Shown here: piece after piece, positions 39,060 to 48,601 of the stretch
Layout: the number at the start of each line of letters is the position of its first letter
Numbering within the stretch: the stretch's first letter is position 1
From: Parachlamydiales bacterium
GTDB taxonomy: Bacteria > Chlamydiota > Chlamydiia > Chlamydiales > JAEMRK01
Length of the DNA stretch: 64,000 nt
Direction: 5' to 3'
Assembly (NCBI GenBank): GCA_016463375.1
Contig: JAEMRK010000001.1
Span: forward strand, 17,604 to 81,603
Program-made: the position numbers and the translations under genes
Notes under the pieces: generated by a model
Databases searched by the model: none
What the model was told of the DNA's origin: nothing
Seen by the model: the letters and a program-made list of their open reading frames with translations, nothing else

Positions 39060-40045
39060 TGAGCCACAGCAAAAAGATGAGGGCATTTTTGTTTTAACAA
39101 ATCAATACGATTTTGTGCATTGATTGCACTTTGAGTGTTCGGAAATTGTTGAATTGCAGTCATGTAATAAAGTATTGAAGCTTCAGGATGTTTTATCCTT
39201 TCGTAATAATAACCCATTTCTAAATAGACTTGAGCACCAGTTTCTTGCATGCTAGCTAATTGTTCTTCAGCTAGAGCTATACGTTCGTCTCCTGGGAAAT
39301 CCAAACGAAATCGCTTAAGATTAATTTGTGCCAAGCCTTGAATGTCTGGATTATTAGCTTGTGATAGGCTTTCGCAATAATAAGCTTGCGCAATGCCTAA
39401 ATATGCATCTGGTGCTAACTCGTTTTTAGGAAAACGCCTAATGAAATTTTGATAATTATCAATACTTTCTGTATACTCTTTCATTTGATAATGAAGTCTA
39501 GCTTTTGCATACATTGATTTGGCAGCTAATTCATCGTTAGGAAGAGCTGCAATAATTTCGTCGTAAATTGTAATAGCAAGTTCTGTAGAATCCATCCATT
39601 TCGGCAGCGCATGCAATCCAAATAAGTGACAACGAGCGCCCATTCCAAATTGCTCGGCAATGGCATACTTATATTGCATGGTTTCATAGAAATGTTTTGG
39701 ATGTGTTTGCATTTGCAAATACAAACTCAAATTTTGATTGGCAAAATCATAATCGCCTGTGTAGAAATAGCCTATACCTAAATAGTATAAACTTTCTAAT
39801 GCATATTTTGAATCGGGAAAACTTGTGATGACAACTTGAAATTGCATAACAACTTCATCCCATCTGCAAGCTTCAACTGCGTCAATTCCTGCTTGATAAT
39901 GCTCTTGAACTGTTGCTGTAGCTTGAAAACGCTTACTCATTTTAAGGTCGTTTTGGGGACCTATGACAGCATAACAAGGCGTAGATAATACAGACGTAGC
40001 TGCAATAATTGCTAAAGCAAAACGGTATGATAACTTATTAAACAC
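39056..40045 (-). CDS. TPR-repeat outer-membrane assembly protein (BamD/YfiO-like)
   Basis: Signal sequence followed by multiple TPR-like repeats (YYLGIGYFYTGDYDFA, YAKARLHYQMKEYTESI, YLGIAQAYY). Confidence 0.55.
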   Translation of the reverse strand: MFNKLSYRFALAIIAATSVLSTPCYAVIGPQNDLKMSKRFQATATVQEHYQAGIDAVEACRWDEVVMQFQVVITSFPDSKYALESLYYLGIGYFYTGDYDFANQNLSLYLQMQTHPKHFYETMQYKYAIAEQFGMGARCHLFGLHALPKWMDSTELAITIYDEIIAALPNDELAAKSMYAKARLHYQMKEYTESIDNYQNFIRRFPKNELAPDAYLGIAQAYYCESLSQANNPDIQGLAQINLKRFRLDFPGDERIALAEEQLASMQETGAQVYLEMGYYYERIKHPEASILYYMTAIQQFPNTQSAINAQNRIDLLKQKCPHLFAVAQ

Positions 40046-40096
40046 GTTGTATTTGATCCTTTTTTGGAAAAAATTATAGCAGGCTTGAGTTTGTTG

Positions 40097-43000
40097 TCAA
40101 TCTTCGACCATTTGGACAACATCCATAGCTTTTAAAGCTTGAATACATTCTACGCTCCCATCTATGCCCCAAGTACTTTCAATGGCTACTACTCCTAAAG
40201 ATTTTTCTCGTGATTCAAAATCAATATCTATAGGTCTTGACCCAGCATATTGTCTTAATATTTTTTTTATAGATAATACATGACTTAGTTGTAGTCGATC
40301 GGCATTAAGAGAAATTTTTAAGCGCGTGCTTTTAACTTTTGGCATGTCTTTGAGTGGGGGTAAAGGTTTCTTTTTAATATCTTCTTTGTCTTTCAGTTTA
40401 CTCTCTTTTTTCATAAAGTTCCGACCAGCCATTAGTTTGGCTTTATCGTAGGCTTTATCACAAGCATCAACAGTTGATTCGTTGACCTGAGTCAAATCAT
40501 CAAACCACTTACAAGAAATTTTTAGAACATCTTCTCTTTTATCAACTTGTAAAACCATATACAACAACTGATTTTCACGAAGCAGATGGCCTTTTTCTTC
40601 ATAAAGGTCAGACCAAATAGGAAGCTCATAACGCTCAGCACCATCACTGATCATAGTTATAGCAAATTTACGACCATTTTTCGATGAGATACGCGTTTCA
40701 ATGGATTCAATTAAAATGGCCGCTCGAAAAATGGCATCATGATCCATTTTTTCTGTATCGTGCAATGGGACACAAGATAATCGTTGCAATAATTCGCGAT
40801 AGCCGTCCATTGGATGGCCTGTTAAAAAGAAACCTAATAATTCTTTTTCTTTAATGAGTTGATAAAATTTTTCTGTTTTGATTTTAACATCCGGTTCTTT
40901 AGCAAAACGCTCTTCATTATCATCTCCCATCAAACCAAACAAAGTCATAATACCAGATGCTTTTTCTTTGCTCTCTTTAATAGCAGCATCATACATAGGA
41001 TCAACACTGATACGCAGCGCGTCGCGAGACCATCCGGTAAAATCAAAACATCCCGCATCAATCAGATGCTCAACATTTTTTTTACCAATTCGCTTAGTAT
41101 CGACCCGTGTTAAAAATTCATACAAACTTGCAAAAGGACCATTACTTGTTCGCTCTTGGACAATTGCATCGACGACACCTTGACCAATACCTTTAATACC
41201 AGTCATTGCAAAACGAATACCTTGAGTAGTGGGAGCAAACTCAGGACCTGCTTCGTTAACATCTGGTGGTAGTATAGGAATTGACATGTTTTGACATTCA
41301 CGTATGAATTTGGCAACTTTCGATAAATCATCACGATCACATGTCATCAAAGCTGCCATCCATTCATTAGGATAGTTAGCTTTTAAAAAGGCTGTAACAT
41401 AACTTAAATAGGCGTAAGCCGCAGAGTGCGATTTGTTGAAACCATAAGATGCAAATTTTTCGACTTTATCAAAAATTCTAGTTGATAGTTCTTTATCAAT
41501 ACCATTTTCAAGCGCACCGTTACTAAATTTTTCACGCTGGGTGGCCATTTCGGCCATGTCTTTTTTACCCATTGCACGTCTTAAAACGTCACCTTCACCC
41601 AAAGTATAGTTGGCTAATTTCTGAGCAATTTGCATGACCTGCTCTTGGTAAACCATAATACCATATGTTTCAGACAAGATCTCCGCCATCCAAGGATGGT
41701 CATACTCAATTGTTTCTTTTCCAAGCTTACGATTGATGTAAGATGGTATCATCTCCATCGGACCTGGTCTATACAAAGAACAAACAGCTATAATCTCTTC
41801 GAATTTATCTAAATGCAGATGTCTGCATAATTCTCTCATCCCCCCAGATTCTAACTGGAATACACCAAGAGTTTTACCTTGATTCAGTAGTGCAAATACA
41901 TTTGAATCCTCTAAATCAAGATTCGTCCAATCAATATTTAGTCCCGTATTAATTTTTACAGATTCAACAGCTTTTTGGATGCACGTTAAAGTTTTTAAAC
42001 CCAAAAAGTCGATCTTAAGCATTCCTACAAGTTCAACTGGCTTCATCGAATATTGCGTTGCCGCAATATGAGAATCTTTAGCGTTGCAAATAGGAATATG
42101 CTTTGTAAGAGGTTCACCAGATACAATGATTCCGGCCGCATGTATACCAGTATTACGTATGCACCCTTCCACTTGCTTGGCGATATCAATAATACGTCTT
42201 GCTTCTTGATCATTTTGATACAAAGTAAAAAGCTCAGGATCTGTATCAAGCGCTTTATCCAATGTCATTTTAGGATCTTCTGGTACCAGCTTCGCAATCA
42301 AATTAACTTTGGATAAAGGCACAGAAAGAACGCGACCAACGTCTTTAATGGCCATCTTAGCTTTCATTGTACCAAATGTAATGATCTGAGCGACGTTGTC
42401 TTTACCATATTTTTGTAAAGTATACTCAATAACTTCTGACCGTCTATCCATGCATATGTCGACGTCTATATCGGGATAGGATAAGCGCTCTGGATTAATG
42501 AACCGCTCAAAGAATAAACTAAATCGTAAAGGCTCGATATCGGTGATGCCCACCAAATATAAAATAATCGATCCGGCACCAGACCCCCTGCCAGGACCCA
42601 TGGGTATACCACTTTGCTTTGCCCAATGGATAAAGTCATAAACGATTAAGAGATAATCACACATGCCTTTGGATGTGATAATATCCATCTCCCAATTAAG
42701 ACGATCTTTAACAACATCCATTGGATCTTTACCAGGACATGAAGCCGCAACTTTTTTTAAACGCTCTGCAGTGTAGCGTTTCTCAATGCCCTCTTTGCAT
42801 AGCTGCCATAAAAAATCCTCAGCAGCTTTGATTTGTTCTTCTTTCGTGAACTCTTTGTTTTGCAAAGATGGTGGTATAAATATCGGATAGTGCTTTGTCT
42901 TGAAATCAATTTCTAAATTACACTTATCCGCAATCTCTATAGTATTTTGAATGGTTTCTGGAATATCACTAAAGATTTCCATCATCCTTTCTGGTGACTT

Positions 43001-43849
43001 GAAATGATACTCGTGACTTGGATAAACACGTCTTTTAGGGTTAGGGACACACACCTTAGGATTACCCAAAGAGTCGCGCTCCCAAATTTCACAAGGCTCC
43101 CCAGATTGCACATTGAGCAAAATTTCATGGGCTTTCCATTCATCTCTTTCAATGTAATGGCTATCGTTAGTTGCAACGACTTTTATGCCAAGCTCTTTAC
43201 CTGCTTTAATAAGGAGATTATTAAGTTTATTTTGTTTTTCTAATACATCTTTGTAATTTTGATAAAGCCAGGCCTCTTGGTCTATCCCATCATTTTGTAT
43301 ATCTTCTTCATGCATGGGATGGCGTTGTATTTCTAAATAAAAATCGTCTTTAAACAAGTCTTTAAACCAACGAATTTCTTGTAACAGCTCTTCATAAGAT
43401 CCATTTAAAGCAATTGTTGAAATACTACTGCTCATGCAACCTGATAAACAAACCAAACCTTGACTATGTTGCGCTAATAATTCTTTATCTATCCGCGGAT
43501 GGTAATAAAAGCCTTCCAAAAAACCTAATGAGGACAGCTTACATAAGTTCTTATAACCCTCAATGTCCTTGGCTAGTAAAGTCAAATGATAAGCGACTTT
43601 ACCATTTGGTCCTCGACTCTTATCTTTTCTAGATCCGGTAGCTACATAAAGCTCACAACCAATGATGGGTTTAACTCCTTCTTGCTTACATGCCTTATAA
43701 AAATCAACAGCCCCAAATAAATTGCCATGATCGGTTAGAGCGACCGCAGGCATTTTGAATTCAGCAGCTTTTTTAGCAATTTTGTTTACAGATGCCAAGG
43801 CATCTAGTATCGAAAATTGAGAATGGACGTGTAAAGGAACAAATGGCAT
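40097..43849 (-). CDS. dnaE: DNA polymerase III alpha subunit
   Basis: PHP domain (VPLHVHSQFSILDA), palm/fingers (PDIDVDI, GLLKIDFLGL) and an OB domain, total 1250 aa. Confidence 0.97.
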   Translation of the reverse strand: MPFVPLHVHSQFSILDALASVNKIAKKAAEFKMPAVALTDHGNLFGAVDFYKACKQEGVKPIIGCELYVATGSRKDKSRGPNGKVAYHLTLLAKDIEGYKNLCKLSSLGFLEGFYYHPRIDKELLAQHSQGLVCLSGCMSSSISTIALNGSYEELLQEIRWFKDLFKDDFYLEIQRHPMHEEDIQNDGIDQEAWLYQNYKDVLEKQNKLNNLLIKAGKELGIKVVATNDSHYIERDEWKAHEILLNVQSGEPCEIWERDSLGNPKVCVPNPKRRVYPSHEYHFKSPERMMEIFSDIPETIQNTIEIADKCNLEIDFKTKHYPIFIPPSLQNKEFTKEEQIKAAEDFLWQLCKEGIEKRYTAERLKKVAASCPGKDPMDVVKDRLNWEMDIITSKGMCDYLLIVYDFIHWAKQSGIPMGPGRGSGAGSIILYLVGITDIEPLRFSLFFERFINPERLSYPDIDVDICMDRRSEVIEYTLQKYGKDNVAQIITFGTMKAKMAIKDVGRVLSVPLSKVNLIAKLVPEDPKMTLDKALDTDPELFTLYQNDQEARRIIDIAKQVEGCIRNTGIHAAGIIVSGEPLTKHIPICNAKDSHIAATQYSMKPVELVGMLKIDFLGLKTLTCIQKAVESVKINTGLNIDWTNLDLEDSNVFALLNQGKTLGVFQLESGGMRELCRHLHLDKFEEIIAVCSLYRPGPMEMIPSYINRKLGKETIEYDHPWMAEILSETYGIMVYQEQVMQIAQKLANYTLGEGDVLRRAMGKKDMAEMATQREKFSNGALENGIDKELSTRIFDKVEKFASYGFNKSHSAAYAYLSYVTAFLKANYPNEWMAALMTCDRDDLSKVAKFIRECQNMSIPILPPDVNEAGPEFAPTTQGIRFAMTGIKGIGQGVVDAIVQERTSNGPFASLYEFLTRVDTKRIGKKNVEHLIDAGCFDFTGWSRDALRISVDPMYDAAIKESKEKASGIMTLFGLMGDDNEERFAKEPDVKIKTEKFYQLIKEKELLGFFLTGHPMDGYRELLQRLSCVPLHDTEKMDHDAIFRAAILIESIETRISSKNGRKFAITMISDGAERYELPIWSDLYEEKGHLLRENQLLYMVLQVDKREDVLKISCKWFDDLTQVNESTVDACDKAYDKAKLMAGRNFMKKESKLKDKEDIKKKPLPPLKDMPKVKSTRLKISLNADRLQLSHVLSIKKILRQYAGSRPIDIDFESREKSLGVVAIESTWGIDGSVECIQALKAMDVVQMVED

Positions 43850-43975
43850 GACTTTTTAAATAACTCATTGATTAAGCAATAGCGCTATTCTACATTTTCT
43901 ATTTTTTTACGAAGAGCTTTTTCCCATTTAGAAAATACCTTATACTAAAATTAATACTCATTTTTTGGAGAAGTT

Positions 43976-44644
43976 ATGCATTTTAAGGCCATTCTTTTTG
44001 ATTTAGATCGAACCCTTGCCTATGATCACCACTTAGAGCTCGATACATTTCGTTTATTAGTCCAAAAATTTAATATTCCAGCAAGCGATGCTGATCTTTT
44101 AATCGTACTCAATCAATTCCGTTCAGGCCAGTTGCCTTTAAATTCTGCTCTTGGCCAGGCTTTTACCAAATGGGGTTTGAGTCAACAAGAAAGCCAAGAA
44201 GCCGCTTTGTTATTTAGAAAACAAGTCTTAACAGAAGCTCACGAACGCGTCGAAGCTGTTGAGGGTTTTAATGAAGTGATATCCGAGGTAGAAAAAAGAA
44301 AAATACCATATGCCATGCTCACTAACGGATGGAAAGAACTTCAAGATACAAAAGCGTCCATAATTGGTTTTAAAAAAGAAGTTCTATCGTCTGAAGAACT
44401 TAAGGCCTGGAAACCAGACATTCAACTTTTTTCTAAAGCATTGCAACGTTTGAAATTCAACGCCAACGATACGGTGTATGTTGGCGACTCCCCCGAATCA
44501 GATATGGTTGGAGCTAAAGAAGCTGGAATGCAAACTATTTGGGCAAATTTTCAACATCAGCAATATCCATCTGGTATCGTTAAACCAGATGCTATCATTG
44601 AAAAATTTACAGACCTTATTACTTTGCTGCCTTTGCCATCCTAG
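43976..44644 (+). CDS. HAD-superfamily hydrolase
   Basis: Motif I LFDLDRTL and motif IV VGDSPESDMVGAKEAGM. Confidence 0.8.
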   Translation: MHFKAILFDLDRTLAYDHHLELDTFRLLVQKFNIPASDADLLIVLNQFRSGQLPLNSALGQAFTKWGLSQQESQEAALLFRKQVLTEAHERVEAVEGFNEVISEVEKRKIPYAMLTNGWKELQDTKASIIGFKKEVLSSEELKAWKPDIQLFSKALQRLKFNANDTVYVGDSPESDMVGAKEAGMQTIWANFQHQQYPSGIVKPDAIIEKFTDLITLLPLPS

Positions 44645-46010
44645 AAGGATTTGTGTTAACTGGCCATAATGGTAGCAATATCAAAGTGGCTACGATACTA
44701 CATGCTGCTATGATGACAAAATATTGATACCAACCAAACTTGTTAATAACCCAACCTAAGGGAAATCCAGCAACGGCTGCACCTAAATAAGCAAAACAAC
44801 CAGTGAAACCTGTAGCTGTAGCAGCAGCTTTTTTATGTGATAACTCAGCAGCAGCTACACCAATTAGCATTTGAGGACCAAAAACAAAAAAGCCTATTAA
44901 AAACACGAGCGCGTGATTTAGAACGACGTACTGACCAGGTGCAAAATAAAAGGCTACTACGGATCCAAAGACACCTACCATAAACAAAGCGTTTACAGGT
45001 CCTCTTTTGCCTTTAAAAATACTATCTGATCCCCAACCAGCAGCAAGGCTTCCAAAAAAACCTCCGACTTCAAAAAGAGAAACGCATGTCGATGCCATTA
45101 ACGCTTCATATCCCTTTTGTCGCATTAAGAATAAAACGCTCCAGTCGTTGATAGCTTGTCTAACTATGTATACAAAGAAATATGCTGCTGCTAACAACCA
45201 AATATATTTATTTTTTAAAATATAGCCGACTAAAATTTGTTTTACGCTCAGCTCTTTTTCAGTATCATTATGATCTTTAGTTGGATAATCATTTTTAAAT
45301 TTCTCGATACTTGGAAGCCCCAGAGATTGTGGTGTATCCCTTAAACGATTCATCAAAATGAACCCAAGACCTATACACGCAACACCGGGAACATACATAG
45401 CAGATCGCCAACCCCAGCGCATTGCACAATAAGCTGCAATAAGCGGAATAATGGCACCGCCCACATTGTGTGACGTGTTCCAAACACCCCACCAACGACC
45501 ACGCTCTTTTTGAGAATACCAATGTGTTAAAAGTCTTGCGCAACCTGGCCATCCCCATCCTTGGAACCACCCGTTTAATCCCCAGAAAAGGCTAAAAAAT
45601 ACAATGGACGATGATAAACCAAAAAAGATGTTAAGGATACCGGTTAATATAAGACCAATGCTTAAAAAATAACGAGGATTAGATCTATCGGCTAATATAC
45701 CTGATGTGAATTTGCTGATACCATAAGCTAAAGCCCATAAAGTTCCGAGCATTCCTAAATCGGCTTCATTTAAACCAAGATCTACCATTAAAGCTGGCAT
45801 AGCAAAAGTAAAGCTTTTGCGAGTGAAGTAGTAAAAAATATAACCGAAATACATCGAGTAGAAAATCCGCCAACGCCAATAACGGTACTCTTTAGCAACT
45901 TTAGCGTGGCCCTTAATTTCCGGAATAGGCGGTGCAGGTTTTAGTATTTTTATTAATCTACTCACAATAAATCTCCAATCCAGCTTCAATGGATATATTT
46001 CCGCTAACAA
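44619..46010 (-). CDS. uhpC: Hexose-phosphate transporter (organophosphate:Pi antiporter family, UhpC-like)
   Basis: MFS OPA-family pattern (YRYWRWRIFYSMYFGYIFYYFTRKS; DRSNPR). It is next to dnaE, as in Chlamydia. The start is uncertain: TTG at 46010 or GTG near 45962. Confidence 0.85.
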   Translation of the reverse strand: MLAEIYPLKLDWRFIVSRLIKILKPAPPIPEIKGHAKVAKEYRYWRWRIFYSMYFGYIFYYFTRKSFTFAMPALMVDLGLNEADLGMLGTLWALAYGISKFTSGILADRSNPRYFLSIGLILTGILNIFFGLSSSIVFFSLFWGLNGWFQGWGWPGCARLLTHWYSQKERGRWWGVWNTSHNVGGAIIPLIAAYCAMRWGWRSAMYVPGVACIGLGFILMNRLRDTPQSLGLPSIEKFKNDYPTKDHNDTEKELSVKQILVGYILKNKYIWLLAAAYFFVYIVRQAINDWSVLFLMRQKGYEALMASTCVSLFEVGGFFGSLAAGWGSDSIFKGKRGPVNALFMVGVFGSVVAFYFAPGQYVVLNHALVFLIGFFVFGPQMLIGVAAAELSHKKAAATATGFTGCFAYLGAAVAGFPLGWVINKFGWYQYFVIIAACSIVATLILLPLWPVNTNPSRMAKAAK

Positions 46011-46165
46011 TCATAAATTCTATTCGAATCAGCAGCTCAGGCAGATCTCAGCTAGGAATAAAAGTGAAATCTTGAGTCAATCTAGATTTAAACAGAAAAT
46101 TTTCCTCTAGATTTAATGTGCAAAAAAATTTGCCAATTTCTGCAAAATAACCCAATCTCTATATG

Positions 46166-46193
46166 TTGACAAGAAAAGCTTTTGAATTATTAA
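46166..46193 (+). promoter_or_regulatory. Putative sigma-70-type promoter
   Basis: TTGACA (46166-46171), a 16-nt spacer, then TATTAA (46188-46193), upstream of the FHA-like gene. Confidence 0.35.
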
Positions 46194-46259
46194 CTCAGCT
46201 AACGTAATGTGTTAGTAAAAACTCTATTTTTAGCCTTTCATCACTGTGGGATAACGGAT

Positions 46260-48497
46260 ATGATTAAACTGACATTAAATCCTTACTTAGAAGCTACACC
46301 TTTTTCAACATCTAAGAAAAAAGTTTTAATAGGCTCTGATGGAAACGTTGATTTAGCAATTGGAACTGACGCTGCATTTTTAAAAGAACCCATAGAAATC
46401 GTGCAAAGTGATGGTCAATATTTTTTACAAGTTAACGATTTTGATTCTTCAATTACGCTTAACGGTCAACCAGTTTTATCCAAAGAAAAAATCATAAGTG
46501 GCGATAGACTCTATATAGGTAATGCAGAATTGCTATTTGAGCAAGTCGACGCTCAAGAGGATTTATCTGACTGGCAACATTTGAGCGCTTATTTTGATCA
46601 CTCTAAGGACGATGAAAAAATTCATTTGAGTGATGCTGAAATTGACGAATTACTCAAACAATTAGAGGATATTCAACAACATGATGAATCACCAGTCTCT
46701 AAACAAGAATTGAATAAAGAAAGACAAAAGCTAATTGTTGACGATGCTGTTGATTCTTTAACTCCTTTAAAAACATCAAATTCATTATTTCCCAAAGGCA
46801 TCTTTTTTTTATTTCTCTTACTATTTTGCTTAAGCTCAGCATCATATTTATTTATTAAAAGAGAAAACGTAAAAAATGAATTAGATGCAGCTCGTGGTAT
46901 TGCAGATCTTAGCATGGTATTAACCCATGCAAAATTGCAGCATGTTCAAGTTTTTGGTCCTATGAATCAACAAATCATGGAACAACACATTAATGCTGTG
47001 CTATCTCCGGCTTATAGACACTTGTCATCCTTGACAAATCTAGGCCATCTAAAAAATTCTGAATACGATTTGCGTTTAATTTCAACTAATGACATGTCTC
47101 ACACAGTCTTAGTGGCAATACCCAAAGAAACTCTATTTCAAAGAATTATTCCTAAAAGTGCATTTATTATAGATTCTAAGACGATGGAAGTTTGCAGAAC
47201 TGACGATACATCTCAATGGGAATTGTTATTGAATGGTAAAGAAACACTAGATGAATACTCACCTGGTGATATTGAAAACCTTATAAAAGCTGCAGAGAGA
47301 CTTCCATTAACTTTTTTAGATGGCGGTCGTTTAGAAAATGGCTTTGCTCCACCTAATACATCAGATCACTCTCAATTGGAGCATCATATTTACAACGCCC
47401 CTAGATACTATATGTTTACAAAACCTCTTCTAGAACAAGCGATTGCACTTAATAAATCTCCAAACCATGAGCTGCATGAAGTCGCATCTCTTTTACATAT
47501 GATCAACGGCTATTCATCCCTGCCTAATTTAATTGTCTATTCACCAGAGGGTTTTGAAGGTGTTTATCAAGAATTAAAGAAATATGCCCCACAACACCAT
47601 TTTTTATTGGCTGATGTTCATTTAGAACCAAAATCGGGAATAATACTCGGCGCAACAATTGCTAACGAATCAGAGTTCGAAGTCGCTTCGGAAGAACCAA
47701 AAAGCCGTATTAGCATCGTATCAGAAGCTGTTCCTACATTTAAACCAGCTGAAATCGATTATGATTCTGCTGTTGGGTTAATTGAATCAAACGACCTATT
47801 AAATGAAGAAGACGCTTTAAGCCAACGCATTGAACAATTATCAAGCCTTTTAAATAACCGTCAGCAGTTATGGGAAAATCTCTTAAGTGCAGAAAAAAGC
47901 TATTGCAGCATTCCAGAACTAGCTTTAAGAAATTCTTTGAGAGAATTTCCTTTAATTATAGGCCAAGAGAATAAAGAGCGGTTTGAAAGGTACATTGAAA
48001 AAAAACTTTTTTTGATAGCGGAAGAAAACACTAATTTTAAACCACAAGAAGAAAAGCTTCTTTTACAACATGATCTGCATGAAATTTTAACCGATACGCT
48101 TATTACAAGAAATAATTGTTATGGCATTAGACAGGAGATGGAAACATATATCGAACGGCTTAATCATTTTGTATATGACCTAACACGTTCTAAAGAAGAA
48201 GGCTGCTTCATAAATAATCGTCAGTTTCATCAACTACTACTCAACAATACTCGTCAAAATTTAAAAATGGCAAAAAAATTAAAACAACATTTGTTCCAAA
48301 CAACTGAAACTGTTTTATCAATATGTCAAGAACAAGAAGAAATGGCTCAAGAACAGCTTGAAGCTGTTGAAGGCAACCGCGAATATACTCCGAATGACCT
48401 ACAAAATTTAGAAAAACGCTGGCATAATCTAACAGCTACAGGAATGATTGTAGATTCTCTTCACCAGATGGAAGAAAAGTTAGATCATACACGTTAA
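46260..48497 (+). CDS. Bitopic membrane protein with an N-terminal degenerate FHA-like domain (YscD-like topology)
   Basis: VLIGSDGNVDLAIG...ITLNGQPV...ISGDRLYIGNAELLFE fits the FHA beta-sandwich pattern but lacks the R/S/H phosphopeptide-binding residues. It has a single TM helix (GIFFLFLLLFCLSSASYLFI) near aa 190-210, then ~540 aa with a coiled-coil-rich C-terminus. The start is set at the ATG at 46260. Confidence 0.55.
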   Translation: MIKLTLNPYLEATPFSTSKKKVLIGSDGNVDLAIGTDAAFLKEPIEIVQSDGQYFLQVNDFDSSITLNGQPVLSKEKIISGDRLYIGNAELLFEQVDAQEDLSDWQHLSAYFDHSKDDEKIHLSDAEIDELLKQLEDIQQHDESPVSKQELNKERQKLIVDDAVDSLTPLKTSNSLFPKGIFFLFLLLFCLSSASYLFIKRENVKNELDAARGIADLSMVLTHAKLQHVQVFGPMNQQIMEQHINAVLSPAYRHLSSLTNLGHLKNSEYDLRLISTNDMSHTVLVAIPKETLFQRIIPKSAFIIDSKTMEVCRTDDTSQWELLLNGKETLDEYSPGDIENLIKAAERLPLTFLDGGRLENGFAPPNTSDHSQLEHHIYNAPRYYMFTKPLLEQAIALNKSPNHELHEVASLLHMINGYSSLPNLIVYSPEGFEGVYQELKKYAPQHHFLLADVHLEPKSGIILGATIANESEFEVASEEPKSRISIVSEAVPTFKPAEIDYDSAVGLIESNDLLNEEDALSQRIEQLSSLLNNRQQLWENLLSAEKSYCSIPELALRNSLREFPLIIGQENKERFERYIEKKLFLIAEENTNFKPQEEKLLLQHDLHEILTDTLITRNNCYGIRQEMETYIERLNHFVYDLTRSKEEGCFINNRQFHQLLLNNTRQNLKMAKKLKQHLFQTTETVLSICQEQEEMAQEQLEAVEGNREYTPNDLQNLEKRWHNLTATGMIVDSLHQMEEKLDHTR

Positions 48498-48535
48498 ATA
48501 TTATTTTGATTGAGCGTACCGAATAAAGCTTTGAG

Positions 48536-48561
48536 CCTTTACTCTTAAGTAAAGGTCTTTT
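48536..48561 (+). terminator. Rho-independent terminator
   Basis: 8-bp stem CCTTTACT/AGTAAAGG, loop CTTA, followed by TCTTTTAT. Confidence 0.6.
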
Positions 48562-48601
48562 ATAATTTAGCCATTTACTTACCTGAAGTTAATGGATAAA
48601 T

